Below, in pieces: positions 47,159 to 58,106 of a stretch of DNA of 64,000 bases. Source of the stretch: Planktothrix sp. GU0601_MAG3. Lineage in GTDB: Bacteria; Cyanobacteriota; Cyanobacteriia; Cyanobacteriales; Microcoleaceae. Both the position numbers and the translations under genes were made by a program. The DNA lies in the NCBI GenBank assembly GCA_035193785.1, contig CP136572.1, positions 3,444,578-3,508,577 of the forward strand. The letters are read 5' to 3'. Position 1 is the stretch's first letter; every line of letters starts with the position of its first letter. A model generated the notes under the pieces. The model ran no database searches, was not told the DNA's origin, and saw only the letters and a list, made by a program, of their open reading frames with translations.

Positions 47159-47528
47159 AGGAAAGTCCTTTATATAAGGTCACACTCGATCCGAGGGGTT
47201 GAAATTAACAACTATAAAATCTCATAACAACTTGAGATTTTGCTCCATATCCTGCATCTAAAGTCGTTTCTTGATTTGATATGTAGTGTAGCTTTAATAA
47301 GTATTTTTAAAAAGTTCCCTATGAACTTTTAAGATTATAATTTTTAATCTATGCAATTCTTTGTTGTATAGATTATTAATCTAATTAGTCTAAATATTTA
47401 TTTTTTTTTAATAATTTCAATAATATTTAAGAGTTCAAAATAGCAGCAGAAGTGATCAGCTATTTGACTTGACACAGAGCCAAAAATCAGTGTAGGATAT
47501 GGGAGTGACGTCGAAAAAATAAAAGAAA

Positions 47529-47756
47529 ATGGCACAGCACCTGAAAAGTTGGGAATCTCCCCGCTCTCAAGGGAGAAATACGAAAGGAAAAGGCGGTTCT
47601 GCAAGGGCGCGACAACTGAAAAAACAACGGCAAACCCTGAGAAACAAACTGAATCAACAAAGCAATGGGAAGGATCAATCGGATTCCTTCCCGATTTTTT
47701 TAGGGGAATTATTGCTTAATATTGGGGCAGATGGCGGTTTGTACTTGAATGGATGA
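47529..47756 (+). CDS. Small basic hypothetical protein (3' end uncertain)
   Basis: WESPRSQGRNTKGKGGSARARQLKK resembles a small cyanobacterial protein; the ORF reads through a hairpin and overlaps merR. Confidence 0.45.
   Translation: MAQHLKSWESPRSQGRNTKGKGGSARARQLKKQRQTLRNKLNQQSNGKDQSDSFPIFLGELLLNIGADGGLYLNG
47667..47701. terminator. Hairpin between convergent genes
   Basis: GGGAAGGA...TCCTTCCC followed by a T-run. Confidence 0.5.
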
Positions 47757-48149
47757 GGGATGATCTTGCCAATGGTTGAGTAACTGTTGCAACTCCGTTT
47801 TTAAGATTTCCAAGGCAGCGATCTGGTGATTAATCTCCTCAACTTTAAGCACCAAATGTTGTTTGACTTCCTCACAGGGAAGTTCACCGCGATCGCTAAT
47901 CTCTAAAATATCTCTAATTTCATTTAAACTCAAACCCAAGGCTTGAGCGCGTCTAACGAAGCCCAAACGGTGAACCACCGACGGAGCAAACAGTCGATAT
48001 CCAGAGTCTGACCGTTCAACAGTGGGTGCTAACAAGCCAATTTCTTCATAATAGCGAACGGTTTTTACGGATAAACCGCTCCGTCGGGCGACATCACCGA
48101 TTTTTAATCTTTCATCTGCAATGACCGCATCCATTTTCCGTAATCCCAA
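47709..48149 (-). CDS. MerR-family heavy-metal-responsive regulator
   Basis: LKIGDVARRSGLSVKTVRYYEEIGLL, RSDSGYRLF, Cys in PCEEV and ICP. Confidence 0.92.
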   Translation of the reverse strand: MGLRKMDAVIADERLKIGDVARRSGLSVKTVRYYEEIGLLAPTVERSDSGYRLFAPSVVHRLGFVRRAQALGLSLNEIRDILEISDRGELPCEEVKQHLVLKVEEINHQIAALEILKTELQQLLNHWQDHPSSIQVQTAICPNIKQ

Positions 48150-48161
48150 CTATTAATGGAC

Positions 48162-48456
48162 TCAATAGGAAGACCGTTTTTTATCTGTCAGTCTAGGAAG
48201 GGGAGAACGGGCGGAACTTGGGGGGAGAGCGTATTCTGGGGCGGTTTCAGCCTGTTGCAGTTTAGACTTTTGCCACATCCACCACCGCAAAACCAGGATT
48301 ACCCCAACGGTGGAGAGGCCAAAACTTAATAAGGATATACTGGAACTGACCCCACCAATCACCGCATCTACGGTTTCCAACCGTGACGACAAAACTAACA
48401 ATAGGTTCTCGACGATAAGCAGACCTGAGAACACGCGGCCATAAAGCATTCATCAC
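48162..48456 (-). CDS. Cyanobacterial-type small membrane protein; one frameshift at ~48375
   Basis: MMNALWPRVLRSAYRREPIVSFVVTVG joins TVDAVIGG...LPPSSARSPLP. Confidence 0.7.
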
Positions 48457-48754
48457 AATTTCACTCTAAATTTTTCAGGGTTAACTCGAGCACAATCTCT
48501 CGGATTGGAAGCCGATAGCATTATCCTATAATCTTCTTCACTTGAAAGTTTATCTAATCCTAATTTAACCTAATTTATAGGGATTGACTGGATTTGGGTG
48601 ATTAGTCATCCCTTCGGTGGAGGGGAAACTTCAGATGGTGTTGAGCCCGGATTTGAGTTAATCACAAAAACGACTGCTAAACCCTTGAAATCCTAAATTG
48701 CCCCCCACTCCTGAACCTAAGACCGATGACCAATCACCAATCAATTTGGTAGTA

Positions 48755-48925
48755 TTAACTCAGCCCTAGCCAAGATAATAAACCTTGTCCGCTAAAATAT
48801 TCAATTGCCAAGGTGATCAAGAAACCAATCATGGCGGCTCGACCATTTAACCGTTCAGCATATTGATTGAATCCAAATTTGGGTTCATTGAGGTTGGGGG
48901 TTGTTGTGGGTTGTGGTTGGTTCAT
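48755..48925 (-). CDS. hliD: High-light-inducible protein (HliD/ScpE-like), 56 aa
   Basis: Manual translation MNQPQPTTTPNLNEPKFGFNQYAERLNGRAAMIGFLITLAIEYFSGQGLLSWLGLS contains the ExxNGRxAM motif. Confidence 0.88.
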   Translation of the reverse strand: MNQPQPTTTPNLNEPKFGFNQYAERLNGRAAMIGFLITLAIEYFSGQGLLSWLGLS

Positions 48926-48985
48926 ATTGAATTCCTTAGATTTTTCATCCTTTGATTTTGATTCTACCCCCTGATTGTATAAAAA

Positions 48986-49570
48986 ATGTCCTATCTACCT
49001 GACCCATCACCGATTCCGAATTCGGTTCAACGAGTTGCCTCTACCCTGCGTACCACGGGCTGGATTTGCTTTTGGACACAACTGGTTTTAGGGGTAATTT
49101 CCGCGATTATTCAGCTTTTCGCCATTTTAGTGTTTAGTCGCGGGACGGCGGGAAGAACAGCCTCAGCATCGGGAATTGGTGGGGGTTTGGTCTTTGCCCT
49201 CATCGGATTAGTAATTTTAGGATTTAGTATTTTTCAGGCTTTTGGTTACACTCGTTTGGCCCGTAGGCTGAAAGCACCGGGAATTGCCCGCCCAAGTCGG
49301 GGAGAAACCTTTAAACGCATCCGTATAGGCTTAACCAGTAATTTAAGTGGCATGGCTGTCACCCTACTGGCTTCGGAAGCTATTAATGGGATTCTCTTGG
49401 CCAAAGCGATTTCCCAACCTCGGGGTTTATTCGATGCTTCGGTCAATCTGCAAGATTTTATTCAACCCCTGGATTTTTTCGTGGTTTTGGCTAATACCCA
49501 TACGATTGTGGCTCATTTTGTCGGCATTGCTGGGGCGCTGTGGCTGATGAATCGAATTTACAAGAATTAG
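48986..49570 (+). CDS. DUF3611-like membrane protein
   Basis: GWICFWTQLVLGVIS...PLDFFVVLANTHTIVAHFVG. Confidence 0.78.
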   Translation: MSYLPDPSPIPNSVQRVASTLRTTGWICFWTQLVLGVISAIIQLFAILVFSRGTAGRTASASGIGGGLVFALIGLVILGFSIFQAFGYTRLARRLKAPGIARPSRGETFKRIRIGLTSNLSGMAVTLLASEAINGILLAKAISQPRGLFDASVNLQDFIQPLDFFVVLANTHTIVAHFVGIAGALWLMNRIYKN

Positions 49571-49808
49571 GGGAAGGGGGAATAGGGAATTACGAATTAC
49601 GAATTACGAATTACGAATTACGAATGGGGAGGGGGGAATAGGGAATTACGAATTACGAATGGGGAAGGGGAAGGGGGAATAGAAAGAATGCACTTATAGA
49701 TAAGGGTTTTGGATTTTTGTCAATCATTTTTAATAAAAAGTTGCAAACTTCAGAAATTTGTGTTAACTTTTATGTAGTTGGCTCAAGCAAACAGGAGAAT
49801 TTTTGATT

Positions 49809-49952
49809 ATGGAAAGCAAAGATACCAAGTTTGGGTTTACAAACTTCGCTGAGACTTGGAATGGCCGTTTAGCTATGCTAGGGTTCACTATTGGTTTAGC
49901 CACGGAATTCCTAACCGGTCAAGGGATTTTGTCCCAACTCGGCTTAATGTAA
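49809..49952 (+). CDS. hliC: High-light-inducible protein (HliC/ScpB-like), 47 aa
   Basis: Manual translation MESKDTKFGFTNFAETWNGRLAMLGFTIGLATEFLTGQGILSQLGLM; GGAG ribosome-binding site upstream. Confidence 0.88.
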   Translation: MESKDTKFGFTNFAETWNGRLAMLGFTIGLATEFLTGQGILSQLGLM

Positions 49953-50028
49953 TTTTTTTGTTAGTTTTGAACGCATTTAAGGGTTTCTAGGACTTAACCT
50001 CAGAACCCCATTTACCCCCTAAATAGCA

Positions 50029-50065
50029 AAAAATCCCCCGAATTTGTAGTGTTTGGGGGATTTTT
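50029..50065. terminator. Bidirectional intrinsic terminator
   Basis: AAAAATCCCCC ... GGGGGATTTTT between convergent genes. Confidence 0.6.
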
Positions 50066-50095
50066 GTAGTTCAAAATAGACGCAGGAAGTTGAGA

Positions 50096-50326
50096 TCAAC
50101 CCGGGTTGACTTCTTCAGGTAGATAAACTTTATATAAACTCCACAACCCCAGTAAAATCAGAATCTGAAGACTCCAATGGGCGAAGGCAAACCCCCAAAC
50201 TAGGCAGATAAGTCCCATCAATCCGGCTAACACGAAGGGAACATCATTAGAGGTTTGTGTATAGATCCAGATGGAACCCAGGGCAAAAGTCAGAAGCATA
50301 ATATAGACTGAGGGCATGATCTCCAC
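50096..50326 (-). CDS. Small hypothetical membrane protein
   Basis: 76-aa hydrophobic ORF with a GGAGG ribosome-binding site. Confidence 0.6.
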   Translation of the reverse strand: MEIMPSVYIMLLTFALGSIWIYTQTSNDVPFVLAGLMGLICLVWGFAFAHWSLQILILLGLWSLYKVYLPEEVNPG

Positions 50327-50462
50327 CTCCTAGGTGAGTTGCATTAAGTCTTGCTGCAAGTGCAGGTGGACTACACTGCCCAGGATAGGAGGAAAACATG
50401 AAGATCTTGTGAAGAAAAGAAAAATAGTGATAGAAATTTGTTTTTTTTTACAAAACTTTATA

Positions 50463-52509
50463 TTATTGAAAATCAATATTTTCTCCAACTTCAGCCGCCA
50501 CGGGTAAACGCACAAAAAAGGTACTCCCTTTGCCCAATTGACTTTCCGCCCAAATGTGGCCCCCATGTTGCTGCACAATACTGCGACAAATAGCGAGTCC
50601 CAGTCCAGTTCCTCCTTTCTGGCGGGAGTCGGAGGCGTCCACCTGTTGAAAACGACCAAAAATGGTTTCCAGTTTATCGCTGGGAATTCCCTGTCCCTGG
50701 TCTTTGATGGTAATTAAAACTTCCAAGCAGGAACGGGATAAACTGGAATGGTGGAGGGTGGCATCAAACCCAATGCAACTATCAACACCGGAAAATCTGA
50801 TCGCATTACTTAATAAATTAGTGAATACTTGAATAATTCGGTCTGGGGCGACCCAGAGACGAACTTCTAGGGGGTTAATTGATAAATTCACACCGGATTT
50901 TTCCGCCATTCCCATCATTTCATTATTGGCTTGAACCATTAAATCGGCTAAATTACAGTATTTTTTATCTAGGGTAATTTGCCCAGCCTGCATCCTTTCT
51001 AAATCAAGAATATCATTAATTAAACGGACTAAACGGGTTGTATTAGTAATGGCAATTTTAAACATTCGTTGAACTCGTTCGGGTTGGGTGTCTAATAATC
51101 CACTGACTAATAATCCTAAAGCCCCATGAATTGAGGTTAAAGGTGTCCTAAGTTCGTGACTGACAACGGAGATGAATTCATCTTTCATTTTTTCCATGGC
51201 CTGCCGTTCGGTAATATCCTTAAAGATGACCACAGACCCAATAATTTCTCCTTGGTTTTGAATGGGCGTGCTCACATATTCGACGGGAAAATCAGACCCA
51301 TTTCGATGCCAAAAAACTTCGTTATCGACATGACGAACTAAACCATCTTCTAAGGTGGCAAAAATTTGGGAACTTTGTTGATTAGTTAATGATTGATAAC
51401 CGGAATGGAGATTGGTTTGGGGGGGAGTTTCGGAGGCAGAAAAGGCGATCGGTTTCTTGGGTAATTCTTTGCCAATTACTCATCAGTAATTCTCGAACAC
51501 TGTATCCGGTGATTTTGGCGGCGGCGGGATTAGCAAAGGTGATTTTTCCCTCTCGGTTTAAACCACAAATTCCCTCTCCGGCTGAATCTAAAATTAATTC
51601 ATTTTGATGACGGAGTTGTTCTAGGGTTTTTTCGATTCTTTTTTGATAACTAATATCCCGGGAAATTGTAGAAATTCCCGTAATATTTCCCCGCTCATCT
51701 TTCATCGGCGAAATAGTTAAAGAAACATCAATATGTTGTCCATCCTTACGAATATGAACGGTTTCATAATGATCAATACTGCCCCCGGATTGAATACTGG
51801 CTAAAATTTGAGGGACTTCACTGGATCTTTCGGGTAAGGTTAATAAACTAAAGGGACAGTCTTTAACTTCAGTTTCAGAGTAACCATAAATTTGTTCCGC
51901 CCCGTTATTCCAGCTAATAATTTGTCCTTCTAAGGTTTTACCTATAATTCCATCTTCGGAGGATTCTACAATCGCAGCTAATTGTTTATAAGCATTTTCA
52001 GCTTTTTGGTGTTCGGTAATATCTCGCCCCAATATAACTAATCCTTTGCGTTCGCCATTTGGATGAAATAGAGGAACTTTAATCACATCAACAATTTTGG
52101 GATTGCCATGAATATCGGGGATAATTTCTTGTTGTTGGTAGGGTTGTTTATTTCTCCAGACTTCTTGGTCAGATAGTTGACAATTAATTAAGGCATTTTT
52201 ATATAAATTGTTACCATGAATCTGTCCTATTAATTCCGCTAATTCAGCATCGGATTTTCCTTGATAGTCTAAGTTCTGGATTTGCAATAGTTCTAAGGTG
52301 GCTTGATTCGCTTCTAACCAACATCCTGAAGCGTCTTTAAAGCAGACTAAATCCGGCATGGCATTAATTAAGGTTTTCAACCTTTCTGAACTCTCTCGCA
52401 ATGCTTCTTCTACCCGCTTTCGTTCTTGAATTTCTTGAATTAATCGTTGATTGATTACTTGTAGGGAAGCAATCAATTGAGCTTCAGTTTCGGAATTTTG
52501 ATTAATCAT
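50463..52509 (-). CDS. Cytoplasmic multi-PAS sensor histidine kinase; one frameshift at ~51430-51455
   Basis: Three PAS domains, VSHELRTPL, NLLSNAIRF, GGTGLGL. Confidence 0.88.
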
Positions 52510-54419
52510 TTTAATAAAGTTGCAATGGTTTTGTTGATTTTAATCAGAATCAGGAAAAAAGCCGCTAAACTTGGGTTGAGGATTCTCGTAAACTCTGGGT
52601 TTCTTCGTAATCGGTTTAAAATACGATTAACAAGGATAGAAGCTTCCGTTGTTTTTGTTAAGTAGTCATCGGCGCCGACCATAAAAACTTGATGTTGTAA
52701 ATCTCGATTAGTATGGGCGGTGAGGAACATCACAGGTAAACTTTTCCAACGGGAGTCAGCCCGAACAATTTGACAAAGTTCAATGCCATCTAAATAGGGC
52801 ATTTCAATATCTAAAATTAATAAATCTGGGGTGCTGGCTTCGAGAATTTCCCAAAAATGTCGGGGGTCTTCAACGGTAAAAGTTTGAATTCCCCAAGGTG
52901 CCAGTAAGGTTTGAAAGGTGGCTAGAATCTGGGCATCATCATCAACAATTAAAACTTTAGCATTTAAGCCACGGTTTTGACTAAAGGTATCGAGCATGAG
53001 TTTAATCATTTGTTCTGAGGTGATGGGTTTTTCTAGGAATCCTTGGCTACCCAATTGAGCGACTTTTACCCGTTGATTCAAGTTTTTGTGTTGAGTCAGA
53101 ACAATGACTGGAATGGGGGGGGTTTGTTGGGTGAGTTGGGTTAATAATTTATAGGAGGAATCGAAGTCAAAATCTAAAAATACGAGGGGAGGATATGATT
53201 TTTTTTTTGATGATAATTTGAATTCTGTAATTAATGATAAATCCGTCAGAATTTGGGTTTCTATTCCTAAATTTTTACCCGCTCTTTGTCCGGCTTCAAT
53301 TAATAATGGATCTTGACTGATAATCCAAACTTCATAGTCGGATTTAATCGTGGTGGGTTGGGAGTTTTCTCTGGTGGAAGGAGGAGAGTATTGTTCAACT
53401 TCTTGTCTGAGTTTGAAGACTAATTCTTGAAAGAGGGTAATTTCTGCGAGATTTAAGGTCGGATTTTGACAGAGTTGTTCGATTTCTCTGGCGATAATTG
53501 AACCCCCTCCTAAACCAAAAGTTCCTAAAGATCCGGCAAGTTTATGGGCTTCTTGTTGGGCTTTTTGTTGAATATTTGGATCGGGTTTTTCCTGGGGGTT
53601 GGAGAGGGAAAATTCTTCTAATAGGGTAATGCGATCGCAAATTTTGCCCTGATATCTATGCCAAACTTCAACGATGGCTTGATTTAGTTTACACCGATCA
53701 GATTCAGGTTTTTCACTGGTTTTTTTAGATGCAATTTTAGGGTGAGATTGCTGTTTAAGACGATAACCTAAGCCATATACTGTTTCAATCAAATCTGCGG
53801 GGGCACCAGCATTTTTAAGTTTATTTCTTAATCCTTTAATATGCGCCCGTACCGTATTTTCCGTGGGCGGATCTTCAAATGTCCAGAGTTCCTCTAGGAT
53901 CAGGTCTAAACTAAAAACCTGTTGATGATGTTTGAGAAATAGTTCTAATAACCCATATTCTTTTGGGGTTAAGTTTATCTCATTTTCTTGATAAGTAACT
54001 TCACAGGTATTGGTATTCAAATGCAGATTTCCCCACTCTAAGAGAGTCGAGGGTATTTGTTGCCTTCGGCGTAATATAGCCCGAATTCTAGCTAATAATT
54101 CCTGAATATCAAAGGGTTTAACTACATAATCATCCGCACCCGCATCAAAGCCTTTAACTTTATCCTCTTGATGATTGTAAGCAGTTAATAAGATAATTGG
54201 ATTTATAATATTTTGCGATCGCAGTTTTTTACATAAACTAATTCCGTCTAAATGGGGTAATCCCACATCTAAAATCATTAAATCATAGGTCAATTTTTGT
54301 GCTTTTTCCCACCCGGCTATTCCATCAGTTACCCTGTCAACAGTGTACCCTTGGTGAACTAAAGCCAACACCAAAGTCTCAGCTAGAACTTGATCATCTT
54401 CTACCAATAAAACACGCAT
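52506..54419 (-). CDS. Multidomain response regulator (REC, wHTH, Hpt, REC, REC; RcaC-like); true stop probably ~52565
   Basis: MRVLLVEDD, LTPKEYGLL, IETVYGLGYRL, AHKLAGSLG, two further REC domains. Confidence 0.88.
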   Translation of the reverse strand: MRVLLVEDDQVLAETLVLALVHQGYTVDRVTDGIAGWEKAQKLTYDLMILDVGLPHLDGISLCKKLRSQNIINPIILLTAYNHQEDKVKGFDAGADDYVVKPFDIQELLARIRAILRRRQQIPSTLLEWGNLHLNTNTCEVTYQENEINLTPKEYGLLELFLKHHQQVFSLDLILEELWTFEDPPTENTVRAHIKGLRNKLKNAGAPADLIETVYGLGYRLKQQSHPKIASKKTSEKPESDRCKLNQAIVEVWHRYQGKICDRITLLEEFSLSNPQEKPDPNIQQKAQQEAHKLAGSLGTFGLGGGSIIAREIEQLCQNPTLNLAEITLFQELVFKLRQEVEQYSPPSTRENSQPTTIKSDYEVWIISQDPLLIEAGQRAGKNLGIETQILTDLSLITEFKLSSKKKSYPPLVFLDFDFDSSYKLLTQLTQQTPPIPVIVLTQHKNLNQRVKVAQLGSQGFLEKPITSEQMIKLMLDTFSQNRGLNAKVLIVDDDAQILATFQTLLAPWGIQTFTVEDPRHFWEILEASTPDLLILDIEMPYLDGIELCQIVRADSRWKSLPVMFLTAHTNRDLQHQVFMVGADDYLTKTTEASILVNRILNRLRRNPEFTRILNPSLAAFFLILIKINKTIATLLK

Positions 54420-54522
54420 GGGGGGGACGGAATTTAAGGTGAGGAAAGGGGAGTTAAAATCAGTCCAAAGTTGATAATTTTTCAGGGTTCAACTTTGGAC
54501 TATTGCTTAGGGAAAAACGCCC

Positions 54523-54762
54523 CTAAGCAACGGCTTCAACTTCGGCAATTTCAGGAATTCTTTCGCGCAAACGGCGTTCAATTCCCATTTTTAAGGTCAT
54601 CGTCGAACTGGGACAAGAACCACAGGCCCCTTGGAGTCGGACTCGAACAATCGGGCCATCAAGTTCAACGATTTGTACATTTCCCCCATCCGCCATCAGA
54701 TAAGGGCGAAGTTCATCTAAAACTGTCTCTACGTTTTCTTCAGTTAGTGCTAATGTAGTCAT
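54523..54762 (-). CDS. nfuA: NifU-like/NfuA Fe-S scaffold
   Basis: [12 protein letters not shown]...[11 protein letters not shown]. Confidence 0.92.
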   Translation of the reverse strand: MTTLALTEENVETVLDELRPYLMADGGNVQIVELDGPIVRVRLQGACGSCPSSTMTLKMGIERRLRERIPEIAEVEAVA

Positions 54763-54867
54763 GGTTTACCTTAAATTGATGGTACAGAATTCGATTTAAC
54801 GGCGGGTTGTTGACCCTAACGTTATTTGCAGATCAATTAATTCTAGGTTATTGATCGCTGATCAAAG

Positions 54868-55519
54868 TTAAACAGCAACGGGTTCAAGTAGTTTGACTTG
54901 GGAATAGTTAAACTCCGTTTTTGTGGTTTTGTCGGCTTCTTTAGAATGAACTACTTGGCGAGTCATAATGTAATAGTTGCCAAATTTTTCAAAGGTATCT
55001 TCAAACTCAAGTTCCTTGATAATTTCTTGAGTTTGAGGGTTACGAAATACCGCATCATAACGGGCGGCTGCGTAACCTTCTCCGGTGTCCAAACTTTCAT
55101 GGGTATTAATCACAAATGCCATCCGACCCATGACGCGGCTAACCCGAGAAATTTGATCGCCACGCACGGAATAATTTGATCCCATGGCGTCACCTTCGAC
55201 TATGATTCCTAAAGCCCCAGTATCGTCAATTTCTCCCAAACTGAATTTGTTTTTTCCATGGGCTTGTTCAAAAGAACTGCGTTTACGATGGGTGACCACA
55301 TCCCGCAGTTGGGTATAGACGCTTTGCTTGACTTCTTCGTCGGCAATTTGACTCACTTCCACCGTCATGTCTGGGTTAATCTGAATCTGTCCGGTGTAGA
55401 CTTCATCCCCCTGTTTCAGTTTCAATATCGGCTCGATAACCCGGGAAGTGAGAGTCCCAGGTATAACGATGTTCATAAGCAGTCCGAAATAAATCTAAAG
55501 CGTTTTTTGATTCGGCCAT
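54868..55519 (-). CDS. DUF3386-like protein; one frameshift at ~55421
   Basis: MAESKNALDLFRTAYEHRYTWDSHFPGYRADIE joins LKQGDEVYTG... of ORF 54868-55476. Confidence 0.75.
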
Positions 55520-55654
55520 AAAATGGTTAGGGATGAACAGCACTATAATTCCTATTATAGAATATTAAACGGTGACTGGGTTCCGTATCAAAAAAAAATA
55601 GACTAAACTTAAGGATTAGAGATTAAAATTCACCCATTATTATTGAAAACAATT

Positions 55655-56845
55655 ATGTCTAAACGTCCAATTTATCTGGATTGTAACGCCACAACCCCCG
55701 TTGATCCCTTGGTTTTAGCAGCAATGTTACCCTATTTTACGGAATATTTTGGTAATGCCGCTAGTATTAATCATATTTATGGGTGGGAAGCTGAAGCGGC
55801 GGTGAAACAAGCTAGAGAAATTATTGCTAATGGGATTAACTGCTCTGTCGAAGAAATTATTTTCACCAGTGGAGCTACGGAATCTAATAATTTAGCCTTA
55901 AAAGGAGTGGCTGAAGCCTATTTTAATAAAGGCAGACATATTATTACCGTTATAACTGAACATAATGCCGTTCTTGATCCCTGTAATTATTTAGAAACTT
56001 TGGGGTTTGAAGTTACTTATCTGGGGGTAAAACCCGATGGACTGATTAATTTAGCTGACCTTCAAACCGCCCTGCGTCCCGATACTATTTTAGTTTCGAT
56101 TATGGCAGCCAATAATGAAATTGGGGTACTGCAACCCCTGGCTGAAATTGGAGAAATTTGTCATAATCATGGAGTTTTATTTCATACCGATGCCGCCCAA
56201 GCAGTTGGGAAGATTCCCTTAGATGTTCAGCAATTAAATATTGATTTAATGTCTTTAACCGCCCATAAAATTTATGGCCCTAAAGGCATCGGAGCGTTAT
56301 ATATTCGGCGGAGAGATCCTAGAGTTAAATTAGCACCTCAAATCCATGGTGGGGGGCATGAACGGGGAATGCGTTCGGGAACTTTATGTACCCCCCAAAT
56401 TGTCGGATTTGCTAAGGCGATTGAGATTGCCCTATGCCAAAGACTAACAGAAACTCAACAATTAATTCAACTCAGAGAAACCCTCTGGAATCAATTATCA
56501 ACCCTAGAAGGAATTTATTTGAATGGTCATCCAACCCAACGGTTAGCGGGGAATTTAAACATTAGTATTGACGGCGTTGATGGTCAAGCATTACTATTAG
56601 GATTACAAACAATGATGGCGGTATCCTCTGGTTCCGCTTGTACCTCAACAAAAATTGAACCTTCCCACGTTTTAAAAGCATTAGGTCATTCGGATAATTT
56701 AGCCTATGCTTCAATTCGTTTTGGTTTGGGTCGGTTCACCACGGCATCGGAAATCGACCAAGTGGCAGAGCATACGATCAACACCATTCGAGCCTTGAGA
56801 AAAGTCCGATCTCGCTCAACAACTATTTCAATTTTGCCTAATTAG
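55655..56845 (+). CDS. iscS: Cysteine desulfurase (IscS/NifS group I)
   Basis: IYLDCNATTP, FTSGATESNN, HTDAAQ, TAHKIYGPKG, SSGSACTS. Confidence 0.94.
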   Translation: MSKRPIYLDCNATTPVDPLVLAAMLPYFTEYFGNAASINHIYGWEAEAAVKQAREIIANGINCSVEEIIFTSGATESNNLALKGVAEAYFNKGRHIITVITEHNAVLDPCNYLETLGFEVTYLGVKPDGLINLADLQTALRPDTILVSIMAANNEIGVLQPLAEIGEICHNHGVLFHTDAAQAVGKIPLDVQQLNIDLMSLTAHKIYGPKGIGALYIRRRDPRVKLAPQIHGGGHERGMRSGTLCTPQIVGFAKAIEIALCQRLTETQQLIQLRETLWNQLSTLEGIYLNGHPTQRLAGNLNISIDGVDGQALLLGLQTMMAVSSGSACTSTKIEPSHVLKALGHSDNLAYASIRFGLGRFTTASEIDQVAEHTINTIRALRKVRSRSTTISILPN

Positions 56846-57272
56846 AATTCTGTTTTTCCAGCCAACTTAAAACATCTTCCTCCGAGTCTAAATCATAGGT
56901 TAGCCCACTTTTTGGATCATAAATATGCCACTGGACGGAATTCCCCAAATTATAACTTTTCCAAATATAAGGTTCTGATTTTATGGAAGAATAGGAGAAT
57001 TGAATGGGTTGATTTAAAACCAGCCAAAGGGTTCGGAATAAATTAAATTTTTTTGTTGAATTGGGGTCGGAAGAATCGAGTTTAAAACAGCCCTCGATAT
57101 GGTCAAATGTTTGTTTTTCTGACAAATTTTTAGCGCAAAAAACCACCAAAGAACGCCATATTTTACTTTGATAAAATCCCGATACTCCCTGCTCATCCGA
57201 AGGCAATAAAGCCGTCTCAGGAATTAATTCCAATTTTCGATAAATTTCCCATTGAGTTTCCATAAGAAACAC
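56838..57272 (-). CDS. Hypothetical protein
   Basis: METQWEIYRKLELIP...WHIYDPKSG...SEEDVLSWLE; AAGGAG ribosome-binding site. Confidence 0.7.
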   Translation of the reverse strand: MFLMETQWEIYRKLELIPETALLPSDEQGVSGFYQSKIWRSLVVFCAKNLSEKQTFDHIEGCFKLDSSDPNSTKKFNLFRTLWLVLNQPIQFSYSSIKSEPYIWKSYNLGNSVQWHIYDPKSGLTYDLDSEEDVLSWLEKQNSN

Positions 57273-57482
57273 TCCTTTTTAAGAAGGTTGAGGTGCTAAA
57301 AACGGCCCTGACATTTTGAGTCTGAGTATCAAGCCTGTTGCCATCGGGTTCAAACGGAACAAAGAAACATTCATCCCCCGGTTTCCTCCCCTCCTGAATA
57401 GTCGGTTGATTGATAGGAACAGCCCGAATAAATATTTTCCCTACTGTATTTATTGTTACAGAAATTTCTGAACTTATCAAGA

Positions 57483-57690
57483 GGGAATGGGGAATGGGGA
57501 ATGGGGAATGGGGAATGGGTAATGGGTAATGGGTAATGGGTAATGGGTAATGGGTAATGGGTAATGGGTAATGGGTAATGGGGAATGGGGAATGGGGAAT
57601 GGGTAATGGGTAATGGGTAATGGGGAATGGGGAATGGGGAATGGGGAATGGGTAATGGGTAATGGGTAATGGGTAATGGGTAATGGGGAA
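57483..57690. repeat. Heptamer tandem repeat (GGGTAAT/GGGGAAT)n
   Basis: About 30 consecutive heptamers, seen directly. Confidence 0.92.
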
Positions 57691-58106
57691 TAGTGGGTTA
57701 CAAGGTTTATTATTGTCAAACAGCTTAATTGGTAGTGGAAGGTAGTCTCCCTGCGAAAACACTTGCATCGTCACGGGATTGTCACTTTTTAGGTGTACCT
57801 TGGACAGTAAGAATAAAGGAAATATAATTTTAGTTAAGTTTAGTTAATTAAAATAGGACTCAAGTTAAATTTAGTTCATAAATTAATAACTAATAACCCA
57901 TCATTAAATATGTTATAATACAAAGTGTGGCTTTCTCATATAACTGCTTAGGGTTTGGGTGCTGAGAATTTAAAAAAATTCCTATTCACAGTCTATAAAA
58001 AATAAATTATTGATGTGAATAAAGCTGATTTAACAACAATCAGTATACGGCAGTCTGTGTGAAACAATAAATCTCAAAAATAATATTAGCATTAAACGAT
58101 GAATTT

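Noticed and set aside
49735..49795. HLR1 (RpaB) box upstream of hliC
   Set aside because: Only a weak partial match to the direct-repeat consensus.
57273..57480. Riboswitch in the long leader of the 56838-57272 gene
   Set aside because: I recognised no known aptamer consensus; an Rfam search would be needed.
57217..57774. 185-aa and 80-aa ORFs rich in PITHY/PIPHS
   Set aside because: Products of the heptamer repeat; no domain evidence.
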